DNA from: Saprospiraceae bacterium
GTDB taxonomy: Bacteria; Bacteroidota; Bacteroidia; Chitinophagales; Saprospiraceae
Direction: 5' to 3'
Assembly: GCA_022448945.1 (NCBI GenBank)
Contig: JAKVCV010000021.1
Location: 6,804-70,803 of the forward strand
Length of the DNA stretch: 64,000 nucleotides
Below the pieces are notes generated by a model. That model was not told the origin of the DNA and did no database searches. It saw only the letters and a program-made list of their open reading frames with translations. A program made the translations under genes and the position numbers. Shown here in pieces: positions 18,235 to 29,284 of this stretch (the stretch's first letter is position 1; each line of letters begins with the position of its first letter).

Positions 18235-20856
18235 TTGGCAAATAAAACCACTAAAGAAAAAAAAACTACTCCCTTAATGACTCAATATAATGAGTTGAAA
18301 TCAAAGTATTCAGATGCGATTTTATTATTTAGGGTAGGTGATTTTTATGAAACTTTTTCAAGTGATGCCATTACAACTGCTAATGTCTTAGGTATTGTAC
18401 TTACTGCTCGTAATAATGGTAGTTCAAAAGTTGAATTAGCTGGATTCCCACACCATTCTTTAGATACTTATTTGCCTAAATTAGTTCAAGCAGGGTATCG
18501 TGTTGCTATTTGTGATCAATTAGAAAAACCAAGTAAACATAAAAAATTAGTTAAAAGGGGAGTAACAGAAGTTGTTACACCTGGTGTCACTATCAATGAT
18601 AAAATTTTAGACCATAAAACTAATAATTTTTTAGCATCATTACATTTTGGGAAAAAAGGATATATGGGCCTTGCGCTTATGGATATTTCTACTGGTGAGT
18701 TTCTTGTTAGTGAAGGTGTCTACAACTATATTGATAAACTACTTCAAAGTTTTCAACCCTCTGAAATTATTTTTCCCAAAACATATTCTAAAGATGTAAT
18801 TAAATACTTTGGTGATAAGTTTTATCAGTATGGAGTTGATGATTGGGTTTTTTCTGAAGATTATTGTCAAGAAAAATTACTTCAACAGTTTGAAGTTGCT
18901 TCAATGAAAGGCTTTGGAATAGAAGACATGGAGTTAGCTAAAATTGCAGCAGGTGCAATTCTGCATTATGTTGCAACAACTGAAAATACCAATCTTGGAC
19001 ATATTACTACTGTTTCCCGTATTCAAGCAGATAAATATGTTTGGCTTGATAAATTTACTGTAAGAAATCTGGAATTAGTACATTCTCCACATCCATCAGG
19101 TGTGCCTTTGGTAAATATTCTTGATCATACTGTTTCCCCAATGGGAATTCGTATGTTAAAAAAATGGATTCTACTTCCATTAAAAGATAAAAAATCTGTT
19201 TCAGCACGTCATCAAGTTGTACGTTATTTTATTGATAATAGTGAAATTGCTGAACTTGTTGAGAAGCAAATCAGACAGATTGGAGATTTAGAAAGATTGA
19301 TTGCTAAGGTGCCTTTGGGTAAAATCAACCCCAGAGAAGTTAAACAACTTGAACGCGCTTTGAGTGCATTAGAACCAATAAAGTCTGTATTGATGGATAC
19401 GGATAATAAGCAATTACAATCCATAGCAGAACGTATACAGCTTTGTGGTATAATCCGAGAACGAATAGCTAGAGAGTTGCTGGAAGAACCACCTGTCAAA
19501 TTGGACAAAGGTGGTGTAATATCAGATGGTATTTCTGTCGAATTGGATGAATTGAGAGATATTATAAAAAACAGTAAAGGACATCTTTTGGCACTTCAAC
19601 AACAAGAAGCTACTGCAACAGGTATTGATAATTTAAAAATTGGTTTTAACAATGTTTTTGGTTATTATCTTGAAGTAACCAATAAATATAAAAATAAAGG
19701 TCTGGTACCAGAACATTGGATTCGTAAGCAAACATTAACAAATGCAGAACGCTATATAACGGATGAATTGAAGGTTTTAGAAGAAAAAATCTTGGGTGCT
19801 GAAGAAAAAATACTAGTTGAAGAGAATCGTTTGTTTTTGGATTTGGTTTTTGCTTTGTCAGAATTTATAAATCCTATCCAGCTTAATGCTGTATTAATAG
19901 CACAATTGGATTGTCTTTTTTCTTTTTCTAAAGTTGCTGTACTTAATAATTATTGCCGACCTCAAATGAATGATAGCCTTGTTATTGATATTAAAGAAGG
20001 ACGACACCCTGTTATTGAAAAACAACTTGATCTTGGAGAAGAATATGTTCCTAATGATATCTACTTAGATAATGAGGAGCAACAAATTATGATGATTACT
20101 GGTCCTAATATGTCTGGGAAATCTGCTTTACTTCGACAAACAGCATTAATTTCATTGATGGCTCAAATTGGATCTTTTGTTCCTGCAAGACAGGCCAAAT
20201 TAGGAATGATTGATAAAGTTTTTACTAGGGTAGGCGCATCGGATAATATTTCCTCAGGTGAATCTACTTTCATGGTAGAAATGAATGAAACGGCTTCTAT
20301 TTTAAATAACATCTCAGAGCGCAGCTTAATATTGTTAGATGAAATCGGAAGGGGCACTAGTACTTATGATGGAATTTCAATTGCATGGTCTATTTCTGAA
20401 TTTTTACACAATAATCCTACTGCCAAACCAAAAACTCTTTTTGCGACACATTATCATGAACTCAATGAATTAGCAGATAGATTTCCTCGGATTAAAAATT
20501 TCAATGTAGCTACAAAAGAACTCAATAATAAGGTTATTTTTCTTCGCAAGTTACAGGAAGGGGGCTCTAAGCATAGCTTTGGTATTCATGTTGCTAAAAT
20601 GGCTGGAATGCCACGCAATGTTGTTAAACGTGCCAATGAAATTTTAATTCAGTTGGAACAAAAAAGTATTGATGCTGAAAATTTAGACACTAAAGTCCAA
20701 AATATTTCATCTCCTCTACAACTTAGCTTTTTTGAAACTTCTGTAGATCCCAAATTAGCAGAATTAAAAGAACAAATTGAAGATATAGACCTTAATAGAT
20801 TAACTCCAATTGAATGTATGTTGAAATTAGATGAATTGAAGAAATTATTGGATTAA
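18235..20856 (+). CDS. mutS: DNA mismatch repair protein MutS
   Basis: MutS motifs are present ([26 protein letters not shown], the Walker [30 protein letters not shown]). The listed start is a TTG at 18235, and the ATG at 18277 (MTQYN) is an alternative. Confidence 0.95.
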   Translation: MANKTTKEKKTTPLMTQYNELKSKYSDAILLFRVGDFYETFSSDAITTANVLGIVLTARNNGSSKVELAGFPHHSLDTYLPKLVQAGYRVAICDQLEKPSKHKKLVKRGVTEVVTPGVTINDKILDHKTNNFLASLHFGKKGYMGLALMDISTGEFLVSEGVYNYIDKLLQSFQPSEIIFPKTYSKDVIKYFGDKFYQYGVDDWVFSEDYCQEKLLQQFEVASMKGFGIEDMELAKIAAGAILHYVATTENTNLGHITTVSRIQADKYVWLDKFTVRNLELVHSPHPSGVPLVNILDHTVSPMGIRMLKKWILLPLKDKKSVSARHQVVRYFIDNSEIAELVEKQIRQIGDLERLIAKVPLGKINPREVKQLERALSALEPIKSVLMDTDNKQLQSIAERIQLCGIIRERIARELLEEPPVKLDKGGVISDGISVELDELRDIIKNSKGHLLALQQQEATATGIDNLKIGFNNVFGYYLEVTNKYKNKGLVPEHWIRKQTLTNAERYITDELKVLEEKILGAEEKILVEENRLFLDLVFALSEFINPIQLNAVLIAQLDCLFSFSKVAVLNNYCRPQMNDSLVIDIKEGRHPVIEKQLDLGEEYVPNDIYLDNEEQQIMMITGPNMSGKSALLRQTALISLMAQIGSFVPARQAKLGMIDKVFTRVGASDNISSGESTFMVEMNETASILNNISERSLILLDEIGRGTSTYDGISIAWSISEFLHNNPTAKPKTLFATHYHELNELADRFPRIKNFNVATKELNNKVIFLRKLQEGGSKHSFGIHVAKMAGMPRNVVKRANEILIQLEQKSIDAENLDTKVQNISSPLQLSFFETSVDPKLAELKEQIEDIDLNRLTPIECMLKLDELKKLLD

Positions 20857-21030
20857 TTTATAAAACCAGCTTAAAAAACAATTTTAAAACAAAGAACATT
20901 TTTAGTTCTGTGTTAGTTTTGGTATGTTTTCTGTTTTGTATAGCATCATATAATCTACCGGTAGATTTTTTATTTAAAAAATGAGGTGTCATCAATTGTA
21001 AAATAATTTACTTCTAAATAACTATTCTTC

Positions 21031-22101
21031 ATGAAACAATTATTATTTATTTTGAGTTTGATCTGTTTGCTTGCGTTAGCTTGTTCAAATGCAATACAAG
21101 AGAAAGCTAATAATAATGACAGTCAACTTAATCAGTTACACAATAGTGATAACCCATCTTCCGATGAAATTATTGCAGAGAATTTAGATCACCACAAAAC
21201 AGTTGAATTTGTAGATGCTACCGAAAGTAATAAAAATGTTTCTCCAAAACCCATTACAAAACCTGTTAAACCAGTTATTAACCAAACGCAACTTTCTAAC
21301 GAAAAATCAAACAACAAGATTGCAATAGAGGAATATCAAAATAATACAGGTCAAACGATAAATAATGGTAATACAGATGACAATACTAATAATGATGTAT
21401 CTATATCAATTTCTGAATCTGATGTAATACAACCTGAAACTAAAAAAGCTTTAAGTCACGATATATTTGATGATTTATTAGGAAAGTATGTAAATGGTAA
21501 TGGTGGAGTTGATTATAATGCTTTTCTGAAGAGTAAATTAATTTTGAATGATTATTTGACATTGTTAAAAAACAACCCACCTCAAACTAGTTGGTCTAAC
21601 AATAAGGAAATAGCTTATTGGATTAACATGTACAATGCTGTAACTATATATTCTATTTTAGATAAATATCCAATTAGTAGTATAATGGACCTCGAAGGGG
21701 GAAAAGTATGGGATAAGAAAAAAATTGTTATAGCTGGTAAAGAACTGACATTAAATATTATTGAAAAAGACAAACTTCTTAAACGGTTTAAAGAACCCCG
21801 TATTCATTTTGCGGTTAATTGTGCTGCCGCTTCATGTCCTCCTTTGTTAAATAAAGCCTGGACAGAAGAAAATGTTCAAAGTTATCTTTATAAACAGACA
21901 AAAGCTTTTATTAACAATAAAAAATATAATTATCTATCTTCTGGTAGTATTGAAGTTTCTCAAATTTTTAATTGGTATTCAGGTGATTTTGGAGGTAGCG
22001 ATAAAGTTGTTAATTTTATACAAAAATATGCTGATATTGAAGTGCAGAATGATGCATCAGTAGGGTTTAAAGAATATAATTGGCAGTTGAATAAAAAATA
22101 A
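21031..22101 (+). CDS. DUF547 domain lipoprotein with an Asn/Gln-rich low-complexity N-terminal region
   Basis: It has the lipobox LLALACS and the DUF547 signature IHFAVNCAAASCPPL, followed by NWYSGDF. Confidence 0.8.
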   Translation: MKQLLFILSLICLLALACSNAIQEKANNNDSQLNQLHNSDNPSSDEIIAENLDHHKTVEFVDATESNKNVSPKPITKPVKPVINQTQLSNEKSNNKIAIEEYQNNTGQTINNGNTDDNTNNDVSISISESDVIQPETKKALSHDIFDDLLGKYVNGNGGVDYNAFLKSKLILNDYLTLLKNNPPQTSWSNNKEIAYWINMYNAVTIYSILDKYPISSIMDLEGGKVWDKKKIVIAGKELTLNIIEKDKLLKRFKEPRIHFAVNCAAASCPPLLNKAWTEENVQSYLYKQTKAFINNKKYNYLSSGSIEVSQIFNWYSGDFGGSDKVVNFIQKYADIEVQNDASVGFKEYNWQLNKK

Positions 22102-22159
22102 ATATTCTATTTATTGTATCGTGTTTTAACACGAAAAAATTAACATTATAGAGAATAAT

Positions 22160-22191
22160 AGCTTTAGGAAATTTTTCTAAAGCTTTTTTTA
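22160..22191 (+). terminator. Rho-independent terminator after the DUF547 gene
   Basis: AGCTTTAG / CTAAAGCT forms an 8-bp stem with a 9-nt loop, followed by T7 (22185-22191). Confidence 0.6.
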
Positions 22192-22290
22192 ACGCTTTAT
22201 TTCATATTGATTCCAACTTGTTTTTACGTTATCTTCGTTATTATAAGGTAGTATTATTGAATTGAATCAAAATAAATATACATTATCAGA

Positions 22291-24150
22291 GTGTCAAAAC
22301 AAATAGTATTTTCTGTTTTAATTATCCTATCGATCGTTTCTATATTGGGCGCTCAAAATAAGGATAGTATAACTTCTAATTCCTATTTGTTGTCTATTAA
22401 ACCACTCGATAAAGAACTCTCATTTTTTAAAAAGAAAAAAATTAAATTCCAGCATCTAATATCTGATTCATCTCAGGTGCAACATTACATGCAGGGTATT
22501 CTTAAGCAATTACATGCAATGGCGTTTCTTAGTGCTTCTATTGATACTGTTTTTCAGTTTAAGAATAATTTTACGGCATATCTTTTTGTTGGTGAAAGAT
22601 ATGATTGGGCAAGCCTAAGTAATGGCAATGTAACACCTGCTTTTTTGTCAGCAATAGGGTTTAAGGAGCGCTTGTATTCTGGGCAACCTTTTTATTACAA
22701 AGAAGTAGTTCAGATTCAGAAAAAACTATTGACTTATCTTGAGAATCATGGTTATCCTTTTGCTATGGTTTATATAGATAGTGTACGTATAAATGAAGCA
22801 GGAATTTCTGCTAGAATTTATTTGAAAAAAGGTCCATTGGTGTTATTTGATCCATTAAAAATTGAATATAAAAATCGTAATCAAAAACGTGAAAAGAAGA
22901 AGAAAAAAATACTGATAACAAAAGGCTATATGTCTTCTTATTTAAGTATACAAAGTGGGAAATTGTATAATGAAAAAGTTGTTGGTAAGATACAGAATCG
23001 TTTAGCTTCTTTACGATATCTTAATATGTATCAACTTCCTTATGTTGTTTTTAGAGATAATCGTGCTGAGGTAAATCTTTTTTTAATGAACCGCCCTTCT
23101 AGTCGAATAGATGTATTGTTTGGGTTTTTACCGAGTAAAGATCCTCAATCGGGAGTTCAAAGATTTGATTTTACCGGTAATATTGATATTGATCTTATTA
23201 ACCCTTTTGGTACTGGAAAGCGTCTTCAACTTAAGTGGCAACAGATTAAAGCAGGAACTTCAGACTTACTAATTGGTTTTCAATGGCCTTATTTGTTAAA
23301 AACTCCTTTAGGGGTAGATTTTGCTTTTAAATTATATAAAAGAGATTCTTCATTTATTGATATTATTGCAGATGTAGGTCTTCAATATTTATTTAATGGT
23401 AATAGTTATATTAAAGCTTTTTGGCTTAATACGACTACAAACCTTATTAATGTAAATACTAGTAATATTATTAATACCCGTACTTTACCTTCTATGCTGG
23501 ATATTAATAATACATCTTTTGGAGTTGAATTTTATTATGATAATTTGGATTATTTATTTAATCCACGTAAAGGTTTTGAGACAAAAATTTTAGCAAGTTT
23601 TGCCCTAAAAAATATTCGTAAAAATAATAGTATTCAGGAGTTGAAAGATCCTCAGGATTCATCTTTTAATTTTTCAAGCTTATATGATACGATTCCATTG
23701 AATACTTTTCAGTATAGATTTATTATTCAGCATAGTCACTTTTTTCAACTTTGGAAATGGAGTACATTGATGTCAAGAATTAGTTCTGGTTTAGTATTAT
23801 CTAAGGATGCTGTATATGAAAATGAAACATTTAGGATAGGTGGGAATAGGCTTTTGAGAGGATTTGATGAAGAATCTATACTTGCTACCTGGTATAATGT
23901 TTTTAGCCTCGAATGGCGTTTTTTATTTGGAAAGAATTCTTATGCTTATCTGTTTGGAGATTTTGCTTATTTACAGAAAAAAAGTATTGGAGAAAATCAT
24001 GAAGATTTTCCCATAGGTTTTGGTATTGGTGTTGCCTTCGAAACAAAAGTGGGCGTATTTGGATTGACTTATGCATTGGGTACACAGCAGGGCAACCCTA
24101 TCTTGTTTAACAATAGTAAGGTGCACTTTGGTTACGTTTACTCCTTTTAA
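22291..24150 (+). CDS. Omp85/BamA-TamA family outer-membrane beta-barrel protein (surface antigen D15-like)
   Basis: It starts at GTG and has a signal peptide (VFSVLIILSIVSILGAQ). Beta-strand periodicity runs throughout, with RIGGNRLLRGF and a C-terminal aromatic end (GYVYSF) typical of Bac_surface_Ag barrels. Confidence 0.7.
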   Translation: MSKQIVFSVLIILSIVSILGAQNKDSITSNSYLLSIKPLDKELSFFKKKKIKFQHLISDSSQVQHYMQGILKQLHAMAFLSASIDTVFQFKNNFTAYLFVGERYDWASLSNGNVTPAFLSAIGFKERLYSGQPFYYKEVVQIQKKLLTYLENHGYPFAMVYIDSVRINEAGISARIYLKKGPLVLFDPLKIEYKNRNQKREKKKKKILITKGYMSSYLSIQSGKLYNEKVVGKIQNRLASLRYLNMYQLPYVVFRDNRAEVNLFLMNRPSSRIDVLFGFLPSKDPQSGVQRFDFTGNIDIDLINPFGTGKRLQLKWQQIKAGTSDLLIGFQWPYLLKTPLGVDFAFKLYKRDSSFIDIIADVGLQYLFNGNSYIKAFWLNTTTNLINVNTSNIINTRTLPSMLDINNTSFGVEFYYDNLDYLFNPRKGFETKILASFALKNIRKNNSIQELKDPQDSSFNFSSLYDTIPLNTFQYRFIIQHSHFFQLWKWSTLMSRISSGLVLSKDAVYENETFRIGGNRLLRGFDEESILATWYNVFSLEWRFLFGKNSYAYLFGDFAYLQKKSIGENHEDFPIGFGIGVAFETKVGVFGLTYALGTQQGNPILFNNSKVHFGYVYSF

Positions 24151-26549
24151 CCAAAGACAACAATTGTAACTCCATCACCTCCTTGATTGGATTCAGGGTG
24201 ATAAATACGGACGACACTTGAATATTCTTTTATTTTTTGAGAAACTAATTTTCGTAATGTTCCAGAACCTTTTCCATGGATAATTTTTACCTCATTGGCA
24301 CTTGATATTAGGGCATGATCTATAAAGTCTTGAATTCGATCTAGAGCGTCTTCATATCGCATACCTCTTATGTCTATATTGGGTTCAAATTGTGCGGATT
24401 TGTTTAATACATCTGTTTTTACAAGGGCTTTCTGGTGGGTAAGAATAGGGTTTTTAACCAGTTCGAGGTCTCTAATTTTTACCATAAGACGTAGGTTGCC
24501 CATTTCGACCATAGCATCTTTACGTTTGATTTCTTTCACAATTCCCATACCTCCCCCAGAACGAAGTTTTACATAAGAACCTACTTCTATTTTTCCTTTT
24601 TCTTTCTTATCATATGTTTCATATATTTCTTCTTTTGTAAGTTCAATTTCCTGCAGTAATTCTTTTCGTTTAATTTGAGTATCTTGAAGTATTAATTTTG
24701 CTTTTTTTGATGCTTTTTCTTTGTCAGTTTCTAGTTTTAGTTCACGAATCAATTTTTGAATTTCTTTACCTTTTGCTTCAACATCTTCAAGTTTTTGCTC
24801 TTTTATTTGGAGTTTTAGACGTTTTCGTGAAAATTCCAGATCACCAAATGCAGATTCATAGTTTTTAATCAGTTGATCCAGTCTTTTTTGGTATTCCAAA
24901 ACTTTTAAATGAGCTTCAGCAGCTTTTTGACGTTCACGTTGAAGCTCTACTAAGATCTCATCAAGATTATGTGTTTGTTTGCCAACTTTTTGTTTTGCAT
25001 ATTTTATAACCCTATCAGATAATCCACTTTTTGCAGCAATTTCAAAAGCATATGAACTTCCTGGTTTTCCTATTTTCATTTGATATGTCGGAGCAAGATT
25101 ATCTTTGTCAAAAACCATAGAACCATTTACAAGACCTTTGTTTTCAAAAGCAAAAACCTTAAGGTTTGAGTAGTGAGTAGTAAAGATTCCAAACACTTTT
25201 TTTTGATTAAGATTGTCAAGGATTGCTTCAGCAATCGAACCTCCCATTTTAGGGTCCGTACCTGAACCAAATTCATCGATAAGGATCAGTGTTTTTGCAT
25301 TAGCATTTTCCATGAAATATCGAGCATTTTGCAACCTAGAACTATATGTGCTGAGTTCATTATCTAGGGATTGTTGGTCACCTATGTCAACAAATATCTG
25401 CTCAAAAATGCCAATTTCTGCACCTTCATTTGTAGGGATCAACATGCCTGATTGAGTCATTAGTTGTATCAATCCTATAGCTTTCATACATACTGATTTG
25501 CCACCAGCATTAGGGCCACTAAGGATTAGAATCCTAGTGTCTTTTTTTAAATGTAAGTTAAAGGGGATGGTTTCATTTTCTGAGCTCTTATTTTTGAGGA
25601 ACAAAAGAGGGTGGTAAACATTACGCATCTTGAATTGAGGTGCTGGGCCTATAGTAGGTTTTGTAGCGTTAAGTTTCAAGGCCAATTGACTTTTCGCCTG
25701 AATACAATCAAAACGGACTAGAATATTCTCATATTCTTGTAATTGAAAGGTATAAGGACGAAGTATTTCACTTAAAGTACGCAATATTTTATAGACCTCC
25801 CGTTGGTATTCCCGTGCCAGGTCAAAAATATCGTTGTTTAGTTCGATTACTTCTTCTGGTTCTATAAAGACTGTTTTTCCCGATGCCGACTCATCATGAA
25901 TAATACCCCTTACCTGACGTTTACGCTCTGCAGGTACAGATAAAACACGCCTTGAATTTCTAAAGCTTTCCTTGTTGTCTTTTAACCATCCTTTATTTTG
26001 ATAGTATGTAATAATTTGCTTGAATTTGTTGTTTAATTCTTGTCTCTTGCTGTTTTGCATTCTTGCAATACGCATCAGTTCTGGTGATGCATTAGGTTTG
26101 ATCTTACCTTCAAAGTCAACAACTTTTTGAATTTCAACAAGTAATTCTTTTTTAAAAGCAATATTCCTAATAATATCGTACAAGTTTGGATATAATGATT
26201 TAGTTGTTTTTCGTTTGTTAAAAAAATCAAATATATCTGAACATAATAATAAGGTTTTGGCAATATCACTAAGGCTTTCTATTGATAGGACATATCCTTC
26301 AATAATTAGCATTTGCAGGTGCTCTCTAATTTGGTTATAGCTAGATATTGGGATATTATGTTTGTTTTCAAAGGATTGTGAATATTCATAAACTTCTGAT
26401 AACCACTGTTCTATTTGTGAAGGATTAGTGCTATGAATAAAGTTGTTAAAATATTTTCTCCCTAATTCCCCAAAGCAGTATTTTTCAGTCTCTGCTAGTA
26501 TTTTATCAAACTCTAAAATATCATATATATCTTTTGGTGTGCGTTTCAT
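24147..26549 (-). CDS. mutS2: endonuclease MutS2 (MutS domain V ATPase plus C-terminal Smr domain)
   Basis: It has the Walker A LSGPNAGGKS, DEFGSGTDP, TTHY, a long coiled-coil region and the C-terminal Smr motif (DIRGMRYEDAL ... IIHGKGSGTLR). Confidence 0.95.
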   Translation of the reverse strand: MKRTPKDIYDILEFDKILAETEKYCFGELGRKYFNNFIHSTNPSQIEQWLSEVYEYSQSFENKHNIPISSYNQIREHLQMLIIEGYVLSIESLSDIAKTLLLCSDIFDFFNKRKTTKSLYPNLYDIIRNIAFKKELLVEIQKVVDFEGKIKPNASPELMRIARMQNSKRQELNNKFKQIITYYQNKGWLKDNKESFRNSRRVLSVPAERKRQVRGIIHDESASGKTVFIEPEEVIELNNDIFDLAREYQREVYKILRTLSEILRPYTFQLQEYENILVRFDCIQAKSQLALKLNATKPTIGPAPQFKMRNVYHPLLFLKNKSSENETIPFNLHLKKDTRILILSGPNAGGKSVCMKAIGLIQLMTQSGMLIPTNEGAEIGIFEQIFVDIGDQQSLDNELSTYSSRLQNARYFMENANAKTLILIDEFGSGTDPKMGGSIAEAILDNLNQKKVFGIFTTHYSNLKVFAFENKGLVNGSMVFDKDNLAPTYQMKIGKPGSSYAFEIAAKSGLSDRVIKYAKQKVGKQTHNLDEILVELQRERQKAAEAHLKVLEYQKRLDQLIKNYESAFGDLEFSRKRLKLQIKEQKLEDVEAKGKEIQKLIRELKLETDKEKASKKAKLILQDTQIKRKELLQEIELTKEEIYETYDKKEKGKIEVGSYVKLRSGGGMGIVKEIKRKDAMVEMGNLRLMVKIRDLELVKNPILTHQKALVKTDVLNKSAQFEPNIDIRGMRYEDALDRIQDFIDHALISSANEVKIIHGKGSGTLRKLVSQKIKEYSSVVRIYHPESNQGGDGVTIVVFG

Positions 26550-26747
26550 TTTATTTCTTATTCCATTTTTATAGCGATTTTACTCAGATGCTTGCAATTT
26601 GAATACAAAATGTATAATAAGAAAGTGATCGCTTCTTGTATTTAAAATTATTGTCTAATATGGTCAATAAAAACTTTCAGTTTAATAATAAAAAGTACTT
26701 GGGCATATAAGAATCTTTAAGTCAGTATAAAATTAACAGTAATAAGT

Positions 26748-27929
26748 CTAACTATAATGACTTTTATATATATCATTATATAATTCAACAACTTTTTTTT
26801 CTGAGTAATATGATTTACTTGAATTTAGAATCTCATCATGCAGAAACGCTTTATTGTTAATCATATCTAATGCACGAATAATACCATTTGCAAGTCCTTT
26901 TCCATCTATTTCATCAACCAAAACACCATTAAAACCGTCTTTAATCATATTGGCAACTCCAGCCTTTTTAAATCCAACTACTGGGGTTCCACACATATGG
27001 CTTTCAATGATTGTATTAGGCAAATTATCTTCAATTGATGGAATAATATACAAATCAACATTGGAATATGCTTTTGATAGTTCCTCAGGAGAAGAAATAA
27101 AGCCTAAATTTTTAATGTTTATATCTTTTGGGAAAAAGTTTCTAGAAGCGACATTTCCCATAACGACAATTTGTAAATCTTTATCCAAATATTTTAAGGC
27201 TTCCAGTAGATATTTGAATCCTTTTCGTGGGTCATTGAGACTTTGAGCTACAAACAGAAGTTTTCGAGGACTATCTTTTTCATCAGGTACAATAGTTCTG
27301 GAAAACAGATTGCTATCAATACAATAAGGAATATTGTAATGCGGATATTTAGAGAATACTATACTTTTTTTAGATAATTCTTTTAACCAATTAGATGGTC
27401 CAACTATTGATAAGTTACAATGCTCTAATGATTTTCTTTTTATCTCAATATATTTTTTTTCAAGATACTCCAATTGTTTCCACATCATAGAGTCATAATG
27501 TTTACCACCACTAAATGGATTCATATCATGAAGTGTCCAAACTATAGGTTTCTTAATTTTTTTAAAAAAAGTTGGAAAGTTTATAAATTTTGCCGTTGAG
27601 TGTAAATGTATAATATCAGCTTCTTTTACTAATGGGTGATTTTCAACTCTATAAATACTTTGAGGCCGATTAAAGAAATATTTTTTGTTGAAAGAGGTAG
27701 GAATTTGATTGTATGTTCTGTTGCATAATAGAATTAATTCCCCAATTATATTCCCATATTTTTCTTTTAAATAAGTCTTGTAACTATATAAATCCGCTTC
27801 ATTTTTTGAGTGATCATGAAGCGATAAAAAATTAGCACATATACCATGTTTTTTTTGAGCTCTAAATAATCGTTTAGCAGCATTAGCAGCTCCGCCAGTA
27901 TCCCAAGTGTTTATGTGTAGGATTTTCAT
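26748..27929 (-). CDS. glycosyltransferase, GT4 (group 1) family
   Basis: The N-terminus is MKILHINTWDTGGAANAAKRL. The C-terminal GT-B motif is present (IPSIEDNLPNTIIESHMCGTPVVG ... DGFNGVLV), which is the EX7E-like region. Confidence 0.85.
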   Translation of the reverse strand: MKILHINTWDTGGAANAAKRLFRAQKKHGICANFLSLHDHSKNEADLYSYKTYLKEKYGNIIGELILLCNRTYNQIPTSFNKKYFFNRPQSIYRVENHPLVKEADIIHLHSTAKFINFPTFFKKIKKPIVWTLHDMNPFSGGKHYDSMMWKQLEYLEKKYIEIKRKSLEHCNLSIVGPSNWLKELSKKSIVFSKYPHYNIPYCIDSNLFSRTIVPDEKDSPRKLLFVAQSLNDPRKGFKYLLEALKYLDKDLQIVVMGNVASRNFFPKDINIKNLGFISSPEELSKAYSNVDLYIIPSIEDNLPNTIIESHMCGTPVVGFKKAGVANMIKDGFNGVLVDEIDGKGLANGIIRALDMINNKAFLHDEILNSSKSYYSEKKVVELYNDIYKSHYS

Positions 27930-28300
27930 GATTTATATTTATCTGAAAACTTAATTTTTCAATTTAGTGATTTTACTTTGAGATATAAAAGTAACAAATA
28001 ATCAAGGATATCAAATGCTTTTTTCAATCCTCTCTTTAGATATTTTATTTTTATATCATCATATTTTCTTATAAATGAAAATATAAAAATATATTCTTTT
28101 TACTTTCTAGAATAGTAAATAATGATGGAGGGAACTTAAAAAGGACTTTTATCTTATTATTTGATGTTTACTTTCAGAATGGATCTAGGTAAGTGAAAAA
28201 GATGTTTAGAATCACTAATTGTTTAAAAAAACATTAATTATAGGTTCAATATATCATTCCACAAAAGAGAATCTACAATTAATGTTTTTTTAATAAGATC

Positions 28301-28549
28301 TTATTTGCCCTTATTGTTGTCGACTAAGATGTCATTGTGGGTTTTGATTGATTGTGTACTGTCAATCATAAGAATTATCTCATTTGTGTCTGTTGAAGAA
28401 TTTCTTGTGAAGATTATATTTTCATATTCGATTTTTTCATTTTGTTTATTTGTTTCACAAGAAGAAAAGAAAGAAAGGATGAAAATTACAATGAATAAAG
28501 GGAATAGGGCTTTCAATGAATTGGGTAACATGATTTTTAGATTATGCAA
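28301..28549 (-). CDS. small hypothetical lipoprotein (82 aa)
   Basis: It has a signal peptide with a lipobox (FILSFFSSC). The plus-strand ORF 28305..28562 that overlaps it has no such feature. I recognise no family. Confidence 0.4.
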   Translation of the reverse strand: MHNLKIMLPNSLKALFPLFIVIFILSFFSSCETNKQNEKIEYENIIFTRNSSTDTNEIILMIDSTQSIKTHNDILVDNNKGK

Positions 28550-28726
28550 TTTGAAAATTTAGTGAAATAATAATAAATAATTTACCTCGAACTTAGTCGT
28601 TTTTATTTCTTGTAATAGAATTGGATCTAAGTTTCATCTTATTAATGCAAAAAAAATAATTTTGTTACAGGGTAATGTTATTTTATTTTTAGTTTTTTTA
28701 AAAAAATGATTTCAGTTAATAAAAAA

Positions 28727-29273
28727 GCAGGATCTATGTCTTTTCAGCCTATATTAATACATGTTTTGAAGGGAAAGCGATCAAATAACTTTGTTCATTA
28801 GGAATAAATTTTAGATGTTAGTTTTTAATTAATTATTTAAGAAAAAGTATATTTTGTGAGTGGTGCAATATCCTATGCTTTTTTACATACTAGAGGGTAT
28901 ATAAGAAATCGGGCGATAGTATAGAATATTTGGTTATAGCTGGTCTTTTTAAAATGGGAGAAACTAGTCTTTTTATAGAAGAATTTATTGATGCAATTCC
29001 ATTTGGAGAAAATTCAGAAAATACTTTGAAGCCTGCTTTAGTACATCTATAGGATTTAGTTCATGGTTCACCACAAGAGCAATTAGTGCATTGTTACCAT
29101 TATGAAGGTTTATTAACAACTCAAACTTATACATAAACTATTTATTGGTATGTATTAAACATGTTTTTGAGGCATCTCCATCAAATTCGTAAGATTCATC
29201 TTATTTTATTGAAGGAGATAATGCTAGAAATATACAGGCATTGTATAGCAGAGAAGTAACTGAAGAATATTAA
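28727..29273 (+). pseudogene. decayed alpha-class carbonic anhydrase gene with multiple stops and frameshifts; the 5' boundary is uncertain and may reach about 28644
   Basis: I translated three frames by hand and found collinear fragments matching alpha-CA blocks. These are GSMSFQPILI / SNNFVH* (QSPI..., NNGHT), VYKKSGDSIEYLVIAGLFKMGETSLFIEEFIDAIPFGEN (VHK..dG.laVigvl.k.G..n), LVHCYHYEGLLTTQTYT*TIYWYVLN (YyrY.GSLTTPPC.E.V.W.Vl) and GDNARNIQALYSREVTEEY* (NnRp.Qpl.gR.V). In-frame stops and at least two frame changes separate the fragments. Confidence 0.6.
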
Positions 29274-29284
29274 TATACAAAATT

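Noticed and set aside
18235-26549. mutS and mutS2 within 6 kb of each other as a possible functional module with the DUF547/Omp85 genes between them
   Set aside because: Both are ubiquitous housekeeping genes on opposite strands with unrelated intervening genes and separate terminators. Nothing in the sequence links them.
28220-28296. AT-only inverted repeat (TGTTTAAAAAAACATTAATT ... AATTAATGTTTTTTTAATAA) downstream of the small lipoprotein ORF
   Set aside because: The arms match at only 17/20 positions, are made almost entirely of A/T, and have a loop of about 36 nt. This is too weak to call a terminator or element with any confidence.
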